From: Candidatus Micrarchaeia archaeon | Lineage (GTDB): Archaea; Micrarchaeota; Micrarchaeia; Anstonellales; Bilamarchaeaceae | Reading direction: 5' to 3' | DNA: 64,000 nucleotides | NCBI GenBank assembly: GCA_041653635.1 | Contig: JBAZFC010000001.1 | Coordinates: 265,111 to 329,110, forward strand | Part shown: positions 17,278 to 27,531 of the stretch, in pieces | Layout: every line of letters starts with the position of its first letter | Numbering within the stretch: position 1 is the stretch's first letter | The notes under the pieces: generated by a model | What the model saw: only the letters and a program-made list of their open reading frames with translations | Told to the model about the DNA's origin: nothing | Databases searched by the model: none | Made by a program: the position numbers and the translations under genes

Positions 17278-18611
17278 ATAAGGCTCTTCGCTAGTTTTTC
17301 ATATTCCTTCACGAGAGCTTCGGCTTTGTCGCGGGATTTCGCCTCGCCAAAGATGCGGACATAGGGTTCGGTGCCGGATGCCCTTACGATTACCCATGAG
17401 TCGTCAAAAGTGAGGCGTACGCCGTCTATATCCATTGTCTTGTATCCTTTCTGCTTGGCGTGTTTCCCTACGCCGTCAAGGACGGACTTCTTTTCCTTCT
17501 CGCTGCATTCAACCCGGGTTTTTACATTATAGTAAGAAGGGATTTCCTTCAGCCATGCGGAGAGCGGCTTTTCGCATATCGCCTCAACTATTTTAGCAGC
17601 GGTGAGGATGCCGTCCTTTGCGAGGGAAAGCCCGGGCCATATGACACCGCCCACCTCCTCGCCGCCGATTGCCGCCTTTCCTTTCGCCATCTCCTCGCTC
17701 ATGTATGGGGCGCCCACCTTTGTATAGATGGTTTTGCACCCGAATTTGGAGGCGACATCTTCCACTGCTTTGCTGGTCGCGACAGTGGTCACCACGTCGC
17801 CCTTCTTTTCCTTCAGCTTGAGCAGGACCGAGAGGGCGCACACCTTGTCGCCCACTACGAAATCCCCCTTCTCGTCCACGAAGACGATGCGGTCCCCGTC
17901 CCCGTCCCAGGCGATTCCGCAATCAGCTTTTGTTTCCTTCACCACCTTCATCAATTCTTGTATATTCTCCTCCCTCGGCTCGGACGGGCGGCCGGGGAAA
18001 TGGCCGTCCATGTGCGAATTGATTGTGAGGATTCTGCAGCCCAGTTCCTTGAAGAGCTGGGGCGCGATTGTTGCGGTGGTGCCGTTCCCTATATCCAATA
18101 TAATGAAGGGCTTTCTTTTTGCGAACCTTTCCGGGTGGAGGAGGGACTTAATCGCATCCATGTGCTCGCGTGCCGGGCTGCGGTGCTCCTGCACCGGCTT
18201 TATGGAATCAAAATCCGCAAGCTTCACCTTGCCGAATAATTTCTCTATTTCCTCCCCCCTCTCCCGGGAAACGGAAACCCCTTTTCCGTCTATCACCTTG
18301 AGCCCGTTGTATTCGGGCGGGTTGTGGGATGCGGTTATTATGATTAATCCGTCGCCCTTCAGTTCCTTGAGCATAAACTCGGCGGTGGGGCTGGTTGTTA
18401 TGCCTAGGTCTACAACCTCGCAGCCCACGCCCTGCAATCCGGAGAGCACCGCGTTCTTGAGCATCTCCCCTGTGAGGCGGTGGTCACGCGCGACGAGGAT
18501 TTTTCCGCATTTGAAATGGGCGCCAATCGCCTGCGCGGCCTGCAATGCGAGCGCGGGGCCGACCCCTTCAAGCGTACCGCGGATTCCGTTCGTCCCGAAA
18601 TATTTTGCCAA
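17274..18611 (-). CDS. glmM: Phosphohexomutase (archaeal GlmM/PMM/PGM family).
   Basis: The [13 protein letters not shown] active-site Ser loop, a metal-binding DGDGDR loop and the four-domain length are all present. Confidence 0.8.
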   Translation of the reverse strand: MAKYFGTNGIRGTLEGVGPALALQAAQAIGAHFKCGKILVARDHRLTGEMLKNAVLSGLQGVGCEVVDLGITTSPTAEFMLKELKGDGLIIITASHNPPEYNGLKVIDGKGVSVSRERGEEIEKLFGKVKLADFDSIKPVQEHRSPAREHMDAIKSLLHPERFAKRKPFIILDIGNGTTATIAPQLFKELGCRILTINSHMDGHFPGRPSEPREENIQELMKVVKETKADCGIAWDGDGDRIVFVDEKGDFVVGDKVCALSVLLKLKEKKGDVVTTVATSKAVEDVASKFGCKTIYTKVGAPYMSEEMAKGKAAIGGEEVGGVIWPGLSLAKDGILTAAKIVEAICEKPLSAWLKEIPSYYNVKTRVECSEKEKKSVLDGVGKHAKQKGYKTMDIDGVRLTFDDSWVIVRASGTEPYVRIFGEAKSRDKAEALVKEYEKLAKSLI

Positions 18612-18620
18612 TCATTCACC

Positions 18621-19556
18621 TTAGGATGAGCTCTTCACTATCCATTCCATAGTATCTTTGAGCCCTTCTTCTAAAGAATATTGCGGTTTGAAGCCAAGCA
18701 CATTCTCCGCCTTCACCGTGCTCGCGAAGGAGCGGCGTATGTCTCCGGGCCTTGGCGGCCTGTGGATTGGGACTGCCTTGCATTTCGCCATCTTCGCAAT
18801 CCGCTTCCAAAGGTCGTTTATGCTGACCTCGGTGCCGCTGCCGACGTTGAATATTTCGCCAGCCGCCTTCTTTTCATCCATTGCGAGGAGGTTCGCCCTC
18901 ACCACGTCCTTGACGAAAATGAAATCCCTGGTCTGCTCCCCGTCACCGAAAATCACCGGCTGCTCGTTCTTCAGCGCGGCAGATATGTATTTGGATATGA
19001 CGCTGGAATAGGGCGAGGACGGCGACTGGCGCGGGCCATATACGTTGAAGTAGCGTAGGCAGACGGTCTGCAGCTTGTAATCCTTGAAATATTTCTGCGC
19101 GTTCATCTCGTTGATGTGCTTGCTCTCGCCGTAGGGGGACTTGGGGGCGAGGGAGCCGTCCTCCCTCTTCGGCAGGGCGAGCGTGTCGCCATAGACCGCG
19201 GCGGAGGACGCGAGGATTACGCGCTTCACCCCGGAGCGGTGTGCGGCGCCGAGCACGAGCAGCGTGCCCCTTATGTTTATGTCCCAGGTCTTGACCGGGT
19301 TCCTGATTGATTCCTCGGCCGAGACCATCGCCGCCTCGTGGAAGACGTAATCGCAGCCCTTCACCGCGCCGTCCACGGTCTGCTTGTTGGTGATGGACCC
19401 CTCAAGGAACTCAACCTTCTTCTCTATCCCTTTGAGGTTCTCCATCTTCCCGGAGGAGAAATTGTCCAGGATGCGCACTTCGTGCTTGTTTTTCACGAGT
19501 TCCTCTGCGATGTGGGAACCCATGAAACCCGCCCCTCCGGTCACGAGGATTTTCAT
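18621..19556 (-). CDS. NAD-dependent nucleotide-sugar epimerase (UDP-Glc/GlcNAc 4-epimerase-like SDR).
   Basis: TGGAGFIGS and a YxxxK active site are present. Confidence 0.75.
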   Translation of the reverse strand: MKILVTGGAGFMGSHIAEELVKNKHEVRILDNFSSGKMENLKGIEKKVEFLEGSITNKQTVDGAVKGCDYVFHEAAMVSAEESIRNPVKTWDINIRGTLLVLGAAHRSGVKRVILASSAAVYGDTLALPKREDGSLAPKSPYGESKHINEMNAQKYFKDYKLQTVCLRYFNVYGPRQSPSSPYSSVISKYISAALKNEQPVIFGDGEQTRDFIFVKDVVRANLLAMDEKKAAGEIFNVGSGTEVSINDLWKRIAKMAKCKAVPIHRPPRPGDIRRSFASTVKAENVLGFKPQYSLEEGLKDTMEWIVKSSS

Positions 19557-19595
19557 TTTCTCAGCGCCTTAGGCTCTCTTTATACTTATTTAAAG

Positions 19596-21554
19596 CTAAT
19601 CTCGCGACGTTTGGGTAGGGTGGGCGAGCAGCATGAGCGCCAGGAGCCACGCGATTGCTGAAAGGGCTGCAAAGATGCCGAAGTAATTGGGCGGGGAATA
19701 GGAAAGCTTCAGCTCGTGGGGGCCTCCGGAAGCCTGTATTGGAATGCTGAGGAAGCCGCCTGCATTTTCAACAGGGGCCGGGTCGGAATCAACGTACGCC
19801 TTCCAGTATGGATAGTAGCTCTCCGAGATTGAGAGCGTTCCGGAGAAGGGGCCGGTGAAATCTATTGAGATGGCTCCGGAACTCTTGGTGTAGCTCCAGT
19901 TCCGGCTGAGATATGGCCTGCTGCCGATTACATCATAGGAAACCAGCGGGTAATGCGAGCCTGAGCGGGAGAGGCAGGGGGAGGCGTCCGCAAAGGCGAC
20001 GGCCTCCGGGAAATTGGAATTTGCAATCACGGTATCAACGCTTCCGGAGCGGATTGCATCGCAGAACGCTTCTGGGGAGGGCAGGTCGCATGCCTTCATC
20101 TTTCCGAGGTTTATGGTGCTGAGGATGCCGAACCCGCCCGCGATTTCGGAAAGGGACCTCTTTTCCGAGCAGGTGAATGCCACATCCGCGAGGCTGCGCG
20201 GGCTGGCTTCCGCGAACCAGCCGTTGTATATTTCCTTATGGAAATAGTGCGGAAGCATATAAGTCTCGTAGAGGAAGGCGCCCATGTTCGGCTTGTCTTC
20301 ATATTGCGCGAGAAGGCCCATTCCCCCTGGGATGAGAAGGGCGCGGTGCTGGGTTTGGCCCGCGGCCCACTCGGCCATTGCATATGTGTCCGGAGAAACG
20401 TATGAGGGCACCACCAGCAGTGAGGAGATGAGCAGGAGGGCGAGGAAGAAGGCGGATATTGGTAAGAGGGAGCTTCCCGGACTTAGATATTTGGGGATGA
20501 ACAATGCAAAAACCATTGGTATGAACAGCGGGAGCTTCACCCCCGCCTGGTCGCCGTGCGGAAGGAAAGCGGACCAGAGGAGGATTGCGAAAATGCTGAG
20601 GAGGAAGAAACGAAGCGGGGCTGCGTCCTTTCCACGGTATGCCAAGCGGATGGAGGCAAGCGAAAGCAGGGCAAGGATGGCGATGGACAGGACGGAAACG
20701 AGATTTATATAAACCGCGAACGCCCTGCCGAAGGGCGCAAGGGCGATTGTAGCGACCTGCGCAAGCGAGGATTCGGAAAAGTTGAGCGGGGAATCGCCTA
20801 TTGAATAGTTCAATGCGAGCGGGAACCAGAAAAAGCCCGCAAGTGCGGCGGACATCACCATTATGGATGCGAAGCGCTTCAGCGAAGGTAGGGACGGGCT
20901 GAAGGAAACGATGTAGATGAGGCCGAAAAGGGCCGCTGCGAAAGGCATGAGGAGATGGGAGAGAGCCGCGATTGCGAGCGAGATGGAGGAAAGCGCAGCT
21001 GGCCTGAGCCATTCCTTGCTGCCGATTGCACGGATTAAGTATTTCAGGAAAAGGAAGCAGAAGGGAAGGGCGAGCATCGCGGAGAGCAACCCGCCGTTTA
21101 GGTCGTACGCGAAAACAGGGGAGAAGGAGAATAGGTAGAGCGCAAGCGCCCTCTGTTCTTCGGTGAAATCAAATTCCTTAAGGAGAAGGAAGAACGTGAC
21201 TGGAATGAATGCGAATATTATGGCGAAAACAATCTTGTATGCGTTTTCCACTCCCACGATGCCGGATATGGCCGCCCCTGCGAGATGGGAAAGGGGCGGG
21301 TACTGGTCCAGGAGGGGATGCCCCGCGTACCACCAGTGGTTCCAGGAAGTGAGGCCCTCCTCTGCGATGAGCCCGATTTGGAAGAGGTGCGTCGCGGTGT
21401 CCACGCCGCCGGGATAAAAGGAAACGCTGAAGGCGCGGATGAGGAGGAGTGCATAGATGAGGATGCAGATTGCGAGCGCATATCGGCTCTGGAGAAATAA
21501 GCTGGATTTTGTTTTCCGCATTTGCATTCCCGCTTTGGATTGACCCTTAAACAT
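19596..21554 (-). CDS. Large polytopic membrane protein with a C-terminal extracytoplasmic domain. Candidate GT-C-fold glycosyltransferase (ArnT/PMT/YfhO-like).
   Basis: At least 12 predicted TM helices are followed by a ~200 aa soluble domain. There is no WWDYG motif. It sits in the glycan island. Confidence 0.4.
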   Translation of the reverse strand: MFKGQSKAGMQMRKTKSSLFLQSRYALAICILIYALLLIRAFSVSFYPGGVDTATHLFQIGLIAEEGLTSWNHWWYAGHPLLDQYPPLSHLAGAAISGIVGVENAYKIVFAIIFAFIPVTFFLLLKEFDFTEEQRALALYLFSFSPVFAYDLNGGLLSAMLALPFCFLFLKYLIRAIGSKEWLRPAALSSISLAIAALSHLLMPFAAALFGLIYIVSFSPSLPSLKRFASIMVMSAALAGFFWFPLALNYSIGDSPLNFSESSLAQVATIALAPFGRAFAVYINLVSVLSIAILALLSLASIRLAYRGKDAAPLRFFLLSIFAILLWSAFLPHGDQAGVKLPLFIPMVFALFIPKYLSPGSSLLPISAFFLALLLISSLLVVPSYVSPDTYAMAEWAAGQTQHRALLIPGGMGLLAQYEDKPNMGAFLYETYMLPHYFHKEIYNGWFAEASPRSLADVAFTCSEKRSLSEIAGGFGILSTINLGKMKACDLPSPEAFCDAIRSGSVDTVIANSNFPEAVAFADASPCLSRSGSHYPLVSYDVIGSRPYLSRNWSYTKSSGAISIDFTGPFSGTLSISESYYPYWKAYVDSDPAPVENAGGFLSIPIQASGGPHELKLSYSPPNYFGIFAALSAIAWLLALMLLAHPTQTSRD

Positions 21555-21566
21555 TAAAAAATCCGG

Positions 21567-21998
21567 CTAGGCGCCGCGTTCAAAAAGAACATGGGCCGGC
21601 TGGAAGCCGCAATCCTCAAAAAGCTTCATTGAGGCGCCGTTGGACGGCTTTACTTTCGCGATGAGCTTCCTTATGCCAAGCTCCTTGCACATCCCTATCG
21701 CGGCCTTCAGGGCCTCGGTTGCCAGGCCCTTTCCCCGATGACCTTCCGATATGAGGATGCTCACCTCGTATGCGCCATCCCGCTTGTCCATCCTTAGGAG
21801 GCCAACCTGCTCCTTGCCGGAATGGATTATGAATGAGTGGTTTTTGCCGTCCTTGAGCCTGGAGTTCCAGTATGCAACGTGCTCCTCCAAGGAAACCGGC
21901 TTCTGGCTGAAGCTCTGCTCCCGCGTTGAGGGTTCGTTTATCCATCCGAATATCTGTTTCACGTCGGCTTCTCCGGCCTTCCTGAGCGAGACAGTCAT
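21567..21998 (-). CDS. GNAT-family N-acetyltransferase.
   Basis: The acetyl-CoA-binding motif is RGKGLATEAL. It overlaps the downstream NeuB-family gene. Confidence 0.7.
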   Translation of the reverse strand: MTVSLRKAGEADVKQIFGWINEPSTREQSFSQKPVSLEEHVAYWNSRLKDGKNHSFIIHSGKEQVGLLRMDKRDGAYEVSILISEGHRGKGLATEALKAAIGMCKELGIRKLIAKVKPSNGASMKLFEDCGFQPAHVLFERGA

Positions 21999-23038
21999 TC
22001 AAAATCCCCCTCCAAGATGCCTTTCCAGGCGGCGATGTCCCTCTTCGCCTTTTTGCCTATAATCTGCTCAAGGTATTTGGGGGGAAGCCCCCTGCCCGCC
22101 TTGCCGGGCCGCAGCGCTGCCACATTTTCGCTTGAGAATATCTCGCCCTTGCGGATGTTCCGTATTGCGTGTATAGAGCGCTTCGCAAAATCGTATAGCT
22201 CCTTCTCCTCAGGCAATACGAACTTCTCTTCGGTGCCGAGCGCCTTCTCGGTCCCGCGGATATATTCTACGAGGAGCTTCAGCTCGCCCGGCTCAAGAGC
22301 GAACTTGTGGTCCGGGCCCGGAAGGCTGTTGTCAAGGGTGAAGTGCTTCTCTATTATGCTGGCGCCGAGGGCGACCGCGGCGAGCGGGGCTATGAAGGGC
22401 TCCCTGCTGTGGTCCGAGAAGCCGGCGGGAACATCAAACTTGTCCATGAGTGTCTTAACGACCTTCACATTCACCGCTGTGAGCGGGGCGGGGTATTTGG
22501 CAGTGCACTGCATCAGCGCAAGCTGGGCGCCTTCGGAGCGGACCGCATTAACCGCATCCCTGATTTCCTCCATAGTGCTTGCACCTGTGGAGATTATGAC
22601 CGGCTTCCCTTTCCTGGCGACGTGCCTTATGAGCGGGATGTGGTTGCATTCGTAGGAGGCAATCTTATGTGCGGGAACATATCTATCCAGCAGGTCGGCG
22701 CTTTCCTCGTCAAAGACGCTGGAAAGGAAGAATATCCCTTTCTTGTCGCAGTAGGAAGAGAGCGTGCCCAGCCATTCCTCAGGAAGCTCCATGTCCTTTA
22801 TTATCTGGAATATGGACTTGCCGTCCTTGAGGTAGTCCGCGCTGCCGGCGGGCTTCACGTAGAGCTTTTCCGCCTTGAACAATTGGAACTTTACGGCGTC
22901 CGCCCCGGCCTTTGCCGCTTCGTCTATGAGTTTTTTCGCCTGCTCCAGCTTTCCGTTGTGGTTGGAGCCCGCCTCGGCTATGATGAAGCATGGCTCGCCT
23001 TCCCCGGCCATGCGGTTCCCAATCTTTATCTTTTTCAT
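21995..23038 (-). CDS. pseI: NeuB-family nonulosonic-acid synthase (PseI/LegI/NeuB) with a C-terminal SAF domain.
   Basis: An N-terminal IIAEAGSNHNG motif and the TIM barrel plus antifreeze-like domain layout are present. Confidence 0.8.
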   Translation of the reverse strand: MKKIKIGNRMAGEGEPCFIIAEAGSNHNGKLEQAKKLIDEAAKAGADAVKFQLFKAEKLYVKPAGSADYLKDGKSIFQIIKDMELPEEWLGTLSSYCDKKGIFFLSSVFDEESADLLDRYVPAHKIASYECNHIPLIRHVARKGKPVIISTGASTMEEIRDAVNAVRSEGAQLALMQCTAKYPAPLTAVNVKVVKTLMDKFDVPAGFSDHSREPFIAPLAAVALGASIIEKHFTLDNSLPGPDHKFALEPGELKLLVEYIRGTEKALGTEEKFVLPEEKELYDFAKRSIHAIRNIRKGEIFSSENVAALRPGKAGRGLPPKYLEQIIGKKAKRDIAAWKGILEGDFE

Positions 23039-23039
23039 T

Positions 23040-24173
23040 TTAGAGCCTCCTGAGGCAGCCCTTGACCGCGGAGATTACGCTTTCCGCGTCCCCATCCCCC
23101 ATTTTCGGGAAAAGGGGCAGGGTCACCGTCCTTGAATAGACGTCCTCGGTCACCGGATAGCCCTCGGGCCGGATTCCGAACCGCTTGTAATAGCTGAACC
23201 TGTAGATAGGGATGTAATGCACGTTCACTCCTATGCCGCGGCCCTTCATGCACTCAAAGAACCGGTCGCGGCCCATCTTTTTATCCAGGAGGATTGTGTA
23301 AAGGTGCCAGGCGTGCCTGACGCCCTTCTTCACGTAGGGGATTGTCAATTCCCTGAGTTTCCCGAATTCATCATTGTATATTTTTGCTATCCTGCCCCTG
23401 TTGCTGAGGAACCCCTCTATGCGCTTCAGCTGCGAGATTCCAAGCGCGCACTGGAAATCGGTTATCCTGTAATTCCTGCCGAGCATCTTCATGTCGTATG
23501 CGTAGCCCGTGCGCTCGCCCGGCGTCTTGTCTATGCCGTGGTTGCGGAGGAGCTTTAGCTTGTGGTGGAGCTCCTCATTTTCCGTAGTGACCGCGCCTCC
23601 CTCGCCGGTGGTTATGTGCTTGACCGGGTGGAAGCTGAACACGGTCATGTCCGCGAACGAGCCCACCCTCTTTCCGCCGTACTCAGCCCCGAGGGCGTGG
23701 CAGGCGTCCTCTATGAGGGACAGGCCGTGCTCCTCGGCTATTTCCTTGATTTCCTTTATGTCGCAGGGCTGCCCCGCATAATCCACATATATTATCGCCT
23801 TCGTCTTTCCGGTGATTTTCTTCCTTATCTGCGCGGGGTCTATGTTGTAGGTCTTAGGGTCTATGTCAGCGAAAACCGGTTTGCAATTATTATAGAGGAT
23901 GCAGTTGGAGCTGGCGGCGAACGTAAAGGGGGTGGTGATTATCTCGCTGTCGGGGGGGAGTTCCAGGGCGCCGACCGCGATGTCAAGGGCGGATGTGCCG
24001 GAATTCACGGCCACTGCGTGGGATGCGCCCACGTAATCGCAGAGGCCCTTCTCAAAAAGTTCTACTTTTGGCCCGGTGGTCAGGCGGTCGCTCCTGAGCA
24101 CTTCCACCACGGCTTTCACATCTTCTTCTGAAATGTCCTGCTTGCCGTAGGGTATTTTTTCGTTCGGCATCAT
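23040..24173 (-). CDS. pseC: DegT/DnrJ/EryC1 PLP-dependent sugar aminotransferase (PseC-like).
   Basis: The N-terminus IPYGKQDISEEDVKAV and the family length fit. It is operonic with the PseB-like and NeuB-family genes. Confidence 0.75.
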   Translation of the reverse strand: MMPNEKIPYGKQDISEEDVKAVVEVLRSDRLTTGPKVELFEKGLCDYVGASHAVAVNSGTSALDIAVGALELPPDSEIITTPFTFAASSNCILYNNCKPVFADIDPKTYNIDPAQIRKKITGKTKAIIYVDYAGQPCDIKEIKEIAEEHGLSLIEDACHALGAEYGGKRVGSFADMTVFSFHPVKHITTGEGGAVTTENEELHHKLKLLRNHGIDKTPGERTGYAYDMKMLGRNYRITDFQCALGISQLKRIEGFLSNRGRIAKIYNDEFGKLRELTIPYVKKGVRHAWHLYTILLDKKMGRDRFFECMKGRGIGVNVHYIPIYRFSYYKRFGIRPEGYPVTEDVYSRTVTLPLFPKMGDGDAESVISAVKGCLRRL

Positions 24174-24187
24174 CACACCGCAGCCCC

Positions 24188-25195
24188 TCACAGGAAGCCC
24201 TGCGCCTTGAGCATGCTTGCTATCTGCTCGTTGTTGAGCCGGACGGGGTTGTTGTCGCTTGAATAGCTGAAGTCGCCCGTGAGCTTCTTGCCCTCGTTGT
24301 GGTTGTCCGACTTCCAGAAGCGGTGCTCCGGCTCTATTATGAAGTGGTCCGGGAACTCCTTCGCATGCCTGGCCTCGTCCGCGGTCAGGAGCGTCTCGTG
24401 TATCTTCTCCCCGGGCCTTATGCCTATTATCTTCCTGCGGGCGCCGGGCGCAATCACGTCCGCGAGGTCGGTGACCTTGGTGCTCGGTATCTTGGGCACG
24501 AAAATCTCGCCTCCCTTCATGCGGTGTATGGAGTTCATCACGAAATCAACGCCCTGCTCGAGGGTTATCCAGAAGCGCGTCATCCTCTCGTCCGTTATCG
24601 TGACCTCGCCGGACTCCTTCTGCTTGAGGAAGAGGGGCACGATGCTTCCGCTGCTCCCCATCACGTTGCCATAACGCACGCATGCGAACCTGGTCTTCTT
24701 CTGCCCGGCGTAGGCGTTCGCCTGCACGAAGAGCTTCTCAGCTACGAGCTTGGTCGCGCCATAAAGATTTACGGGCTGCACCGCCTTGTCCGTGCTGAGT
24801 GCGAGCACCTTGTCCACGCCCGTGTCCAGGGCGGCGTCTATGACGTTCCGCGCGCCGTTTATGTTGGTGTCCACCGCCTCAAGCGGGTTGTATTCGCAGA
24901 CCGGGACGTGCTTGAGGGCCGCGGCATGGATCACTATGTCCACGCCCTCCATCGCGCGGTACAGTCTCCTTGAATCGCGCACGTCGCCTATGAAGAACCT
25001 TGCCCTTGTCCATTCATCCGGGCTGAGCTTGCGCTCCATCTCCACCTGCTTGAGCTCGTTCCGCGAGTATATCCTGACCGCCTTCGGCTGCAGCTTTTTC
25101 AGCGCAATCTCGGTGAATTTCTGGCCGAATGAGCCCGTTCCGCCGGTCACCAGGATGAGCTTATCCTTGAACGTATCACTGACAGAATCCTGCAT
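24188..25195 (-). CDS. pseB: UDP-GlcNAc 4,6-dehydratase (inverting), PseB/FlaA1/CapD family.
   Basis: LVTGGTGSFG and extended SDR motifs are present. A TTTTTAAATTT sits upstream. Confidence 0.75.
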   Translation of the reverse strand: MQDSVSDTFKDKLILVTGGTGSFGQKFTEIALKKLQPKAVRIYSRNELKQVEMERKLSPDEWTRARFFIGDVRDSRRLYRAMEGVDIVIHAAALKHVPVCEYNPLEAVDTNINGARNVIDAALDTGVDKVLALSTDKAVQPVNLYGATKLVAEKLFVQANAYAGQKKTRFACVRYGNVMGSSGSIVPLFLKQKESGEVTITDERMTRFWITLEQGVDFVMNSIHRMKGGEIFVPKIPSTKVTDLADVIAPGARRKIIGIRPGEKIHETLLTADEARHAKEFPDHFIIEPEHRFWKSDNHNEGKKLTGDFSYSSDNNPVRLNNEQIASMLKAQGFL

Positions 25196-25272
25196 CCATA
25201 CACCTGCCCACAAATCCTTGTTTTATTGTATGCATCGCAAATTTAAAAACCATGCCTCTTCGGACGGGAGCC

Positions 25273-26295
25273 CTAGATGGACTTGAGGAGCGCCTTGTAT
25301 TCCCGCTCCAGCCTGCCCAGTTGTTCTTTTTCGTTGAACTGGATTGCCTGTTTTCGGAATTCTGAGGAGAGCTCCCTCCTTTGCCTTTCCGAAGAAGAGA
25401 AATAATTGAGGACTGCGCCTGCGATTGCTTTTGGCTCCAGCGGGAGCACATATTTTTTGTCCACCTTTTCCACGAACTCCTTCGTGCCCGTGTCCGTTGA
25501 AACCATCGTCGGGATTCCGGCAAGCATCGCCTCAAGCGGGGCTATGGGGAAAACGTCGCCGCGGGAGGGGTGCACGTAAAGGGATGTGCTGCGGAACGCC
25601 TTCTCCACGTCCTCCTCCAGGCTCACATTGGGGGTGAGGAGGTGGCTTATCTTGTCCATGTCCAGGTTCCGGTGGATTATCTTCAGTTTTATGGCGGGGT
25701 CCTGCTGGTTGATGAGGGGCATCGCCTTCAGCAGGATGTCCACCCCCTTGTATTCTATGTCGTTGGTCGCGGTTATGGCGATGTTCTTCGTTCCGAGGTC
25801 CGGTTTCATCGCGGCCAGGGCCTCGTACCTCCCGGGCTTTATGTAGGTGTATGAGGTTACGGTCGGGAGCTTCAGATGGAGGGCGGAAAGGACCTCCTGG
25901 GTGTAATTCCCTTCCAGCACCATGCCGTCCACGGACTTGAAGAGCTCAAGGAGCATGCGGGACTCCGCCTTGCCCATCACGCCCTTCCATATGTTGTAGA
26001 AGAGAGGGGAGCCGCAGAGGTTGATTATTTTGCCATTTATCCTGTGCAATCTCTTGGCGATTGCCGGATAGTAGTAGCAGGCCTCGCAGAAATAGATGCC
26101 ATAGCCGCCGGGGATTGAGAGGGCGGATTTGAGGAGGCTGAACGCCTTGGATGGTGCGGACTGCCTCTTGGAGGCGCGGGAGGGGACGGCCATGCTGTCC
26201 GCGGCGACCACGGATGCGAACCTCTCGTGCACCCAGTGGGGCCCGGAGAAGACCGCGAGCGTTTTTTTCCTGATTTCAGGCCACTTGAAGTCCAT
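25273..26295 (-). CDS. Glycosyltransferase family 1 (GT4-type, GT-B).
   Basis: The C-terminal EAMLAGIP...E motif typical of Glycos_transf_1 is present. Confidence 0.7.
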   Translation of the reverse strand: MDFKWPEIRKKTLAVFSGPHWVHERFASVVAADSMAVPSRASKRQSAPSKAFSLLKSALSIPGGYGIYFCEACYYYPAIAKRLHRINGKIINLCGSPLFYNIWKGVMGKAESRMLLELFKSVDGMVLEGNYTQEVLSALHLKLPTVTSYTYIKPGRYEALAAMKPDLGTKNIAITATNDIEYKGVDILLKAMPLINQQDPAIKLKIIHRNLDMDKISHLLTPNVSLEEDVEKAFRSTSLYVHPSRGDVFPIAPLEAMLAGIPTMVSTDTGTKEFVEKVDKKYVLPLEPKAIAGAVLNYFSSSERQRRELSSEFRKQAIQFNEKEQLGRLEREYKALLKSI

Positions 26296-26367
26296 TATAA
26301 GACGCCTGCACTTCTAAGGGCGGCTAAAAGCTTTTATACTATTGCTGAGAAGTAAAAAGAAGATGAT

Positions 26368-27531
26368 ATGCCAGTCCAATCAGATTGCTCCACATGCAGC
26401 GTGAGGCACTGCTCAAGGTGCCTGCTTCCCGAGACGCAGGAGACTATCACATACGACAAGGAGGGCATCTGCAACGTCTGCAGGCAGGTGGAATTCAAGA
26501 AGACGAAGATAGACTGGGTGGCGCGGGAGAAGGAGCTGAAGGCGCTGATAGAGGAGTATAGGGGAAAGTACGATTACGATTGCATAATCCCGTACAGCGG
26601 CGGGAAGGACAGCACATACACAGTTTACAAGCTGGTCAGGGATTACAATGTGAAGCCGCTCGTGGTGACCTTTGACCATGGGTTCCTCAGGCCGCAGACG
26701 CTGGAGAACACCAAGAGGACGATGAAGACGCTGGGCGTGGACTACCATTCCTTCACCCCGAACTGGAAGGTGGTGAAGAAACTGATGCTTGAGGCGCTGA
26801 AGCGCAAGGGCGATTTCTGCTGGCATTGCCACACCGGGATATTCTCATACCCGATGCAGGTGGCGATAAAGTACAACGTGCCCCTGGTCTTCTGGGGCGA
26901 GCCGAGCGCGGAATACACGAGCTATTATGGATACGACGAGAAGGAGGAGGTGGACGAGAAGAGGTTCAACCGCTTCGTGAACCTCGGGATAACCGCCGAG
27001 GACATGGTCGGGATGGTCAAGGGGGTCACGATGAGGGACATGAAGCCCTTCACATACCCGCCCCTGAAAGAGCTGAAGGCGATAAAATACCGCTCGGTGT
27101 GCCTGGGCAGCTACATACCCTGGGACCCGAAGAAGAACTCCGAGCTGATAAGGAAGGAATTGGGATGGAAGGGGAACATAGTGGAGGGCATACCCACGGA
27201 ATATGATTATGAAAAGGTGGAGTGCATGTTCCAGGGGATTAGGGACTACCTGAAGTACATAAAGCGCGGCTTCGGCAGGACCGCCCACCTCATGAGCCTG
27301 GACCTGCGCAACAATAGGATAAGCCAGGAGAAGGCGCGCGAACTGATTGCGAAATACGACGGGAAGCGCCCTGCCAGCCTGGACGTGTTCCTGGAATACC
27401 TCGGCATAAGCGAGGAGGAGTTCATGAAGATTGCGCTGAGCCACGTGGTAGCCCCACATAAGCACGACCCGTCAAAGGTGAAGAGGGGCGAGCCCCTCCC
27501 GGACATGGGAAAGTGGGATAGGACAAAATGA
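26368..27531 (+). CDS. pseA: N-acetyl sugar amidotransferase (PseA/WbuX/Cj1324 family; PP-loop ATP pyrophosphatase).
   Basis: An N-terminal Cys cluster (CSTCSVRHCSRC...C..C) and an SGGKDS PP-loop are present. Confidence 0.75.
   Translation: MPVQSDCSTCSVRHCSRCLLPETQETITYDKEGICNVCRQVEFKKTKIDWVAREKELKALIEEYRGKYDYDCIIPYSGGKDSTYTVYKLVRDYNVKPLVVTFDHGFLRPQTLENTKRTMKTLGVDYHSFTPNWKVVKKLMLEALKRKGDFCWHCHTGIFSYPMQVAIKYNVPLVFWGEPSAEYTSYYGYDEKEEVDEKRFNRFVNLGITAEDMVGMVKGVTMRDMKPFTYPPLKELKAIKYRSVCLGSYIPWDPKKNSELIRKELGWKGNIVEGIPTEYDYEKVECMFQGIRDYLKYIKRGFGRTAHLMSLDLRNNRISQEKARELIAKYDGKRPASLDVFLEYLGISEEEFMKIALSHVVAPHKHDPSKVKRGEPLPDMGKWDRTK

Noticed and set aside
17180-17290. An alternative acidic [34 protein letters not shown], in another frame of the L41e locus.
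   Set aside because: It is the out-of-frame shadow of the Lys/Arg-rich L41e codons (AAG/AGA reads as GAA/GAG in the other frame). The basic frame matches a known ribosomal protein family.
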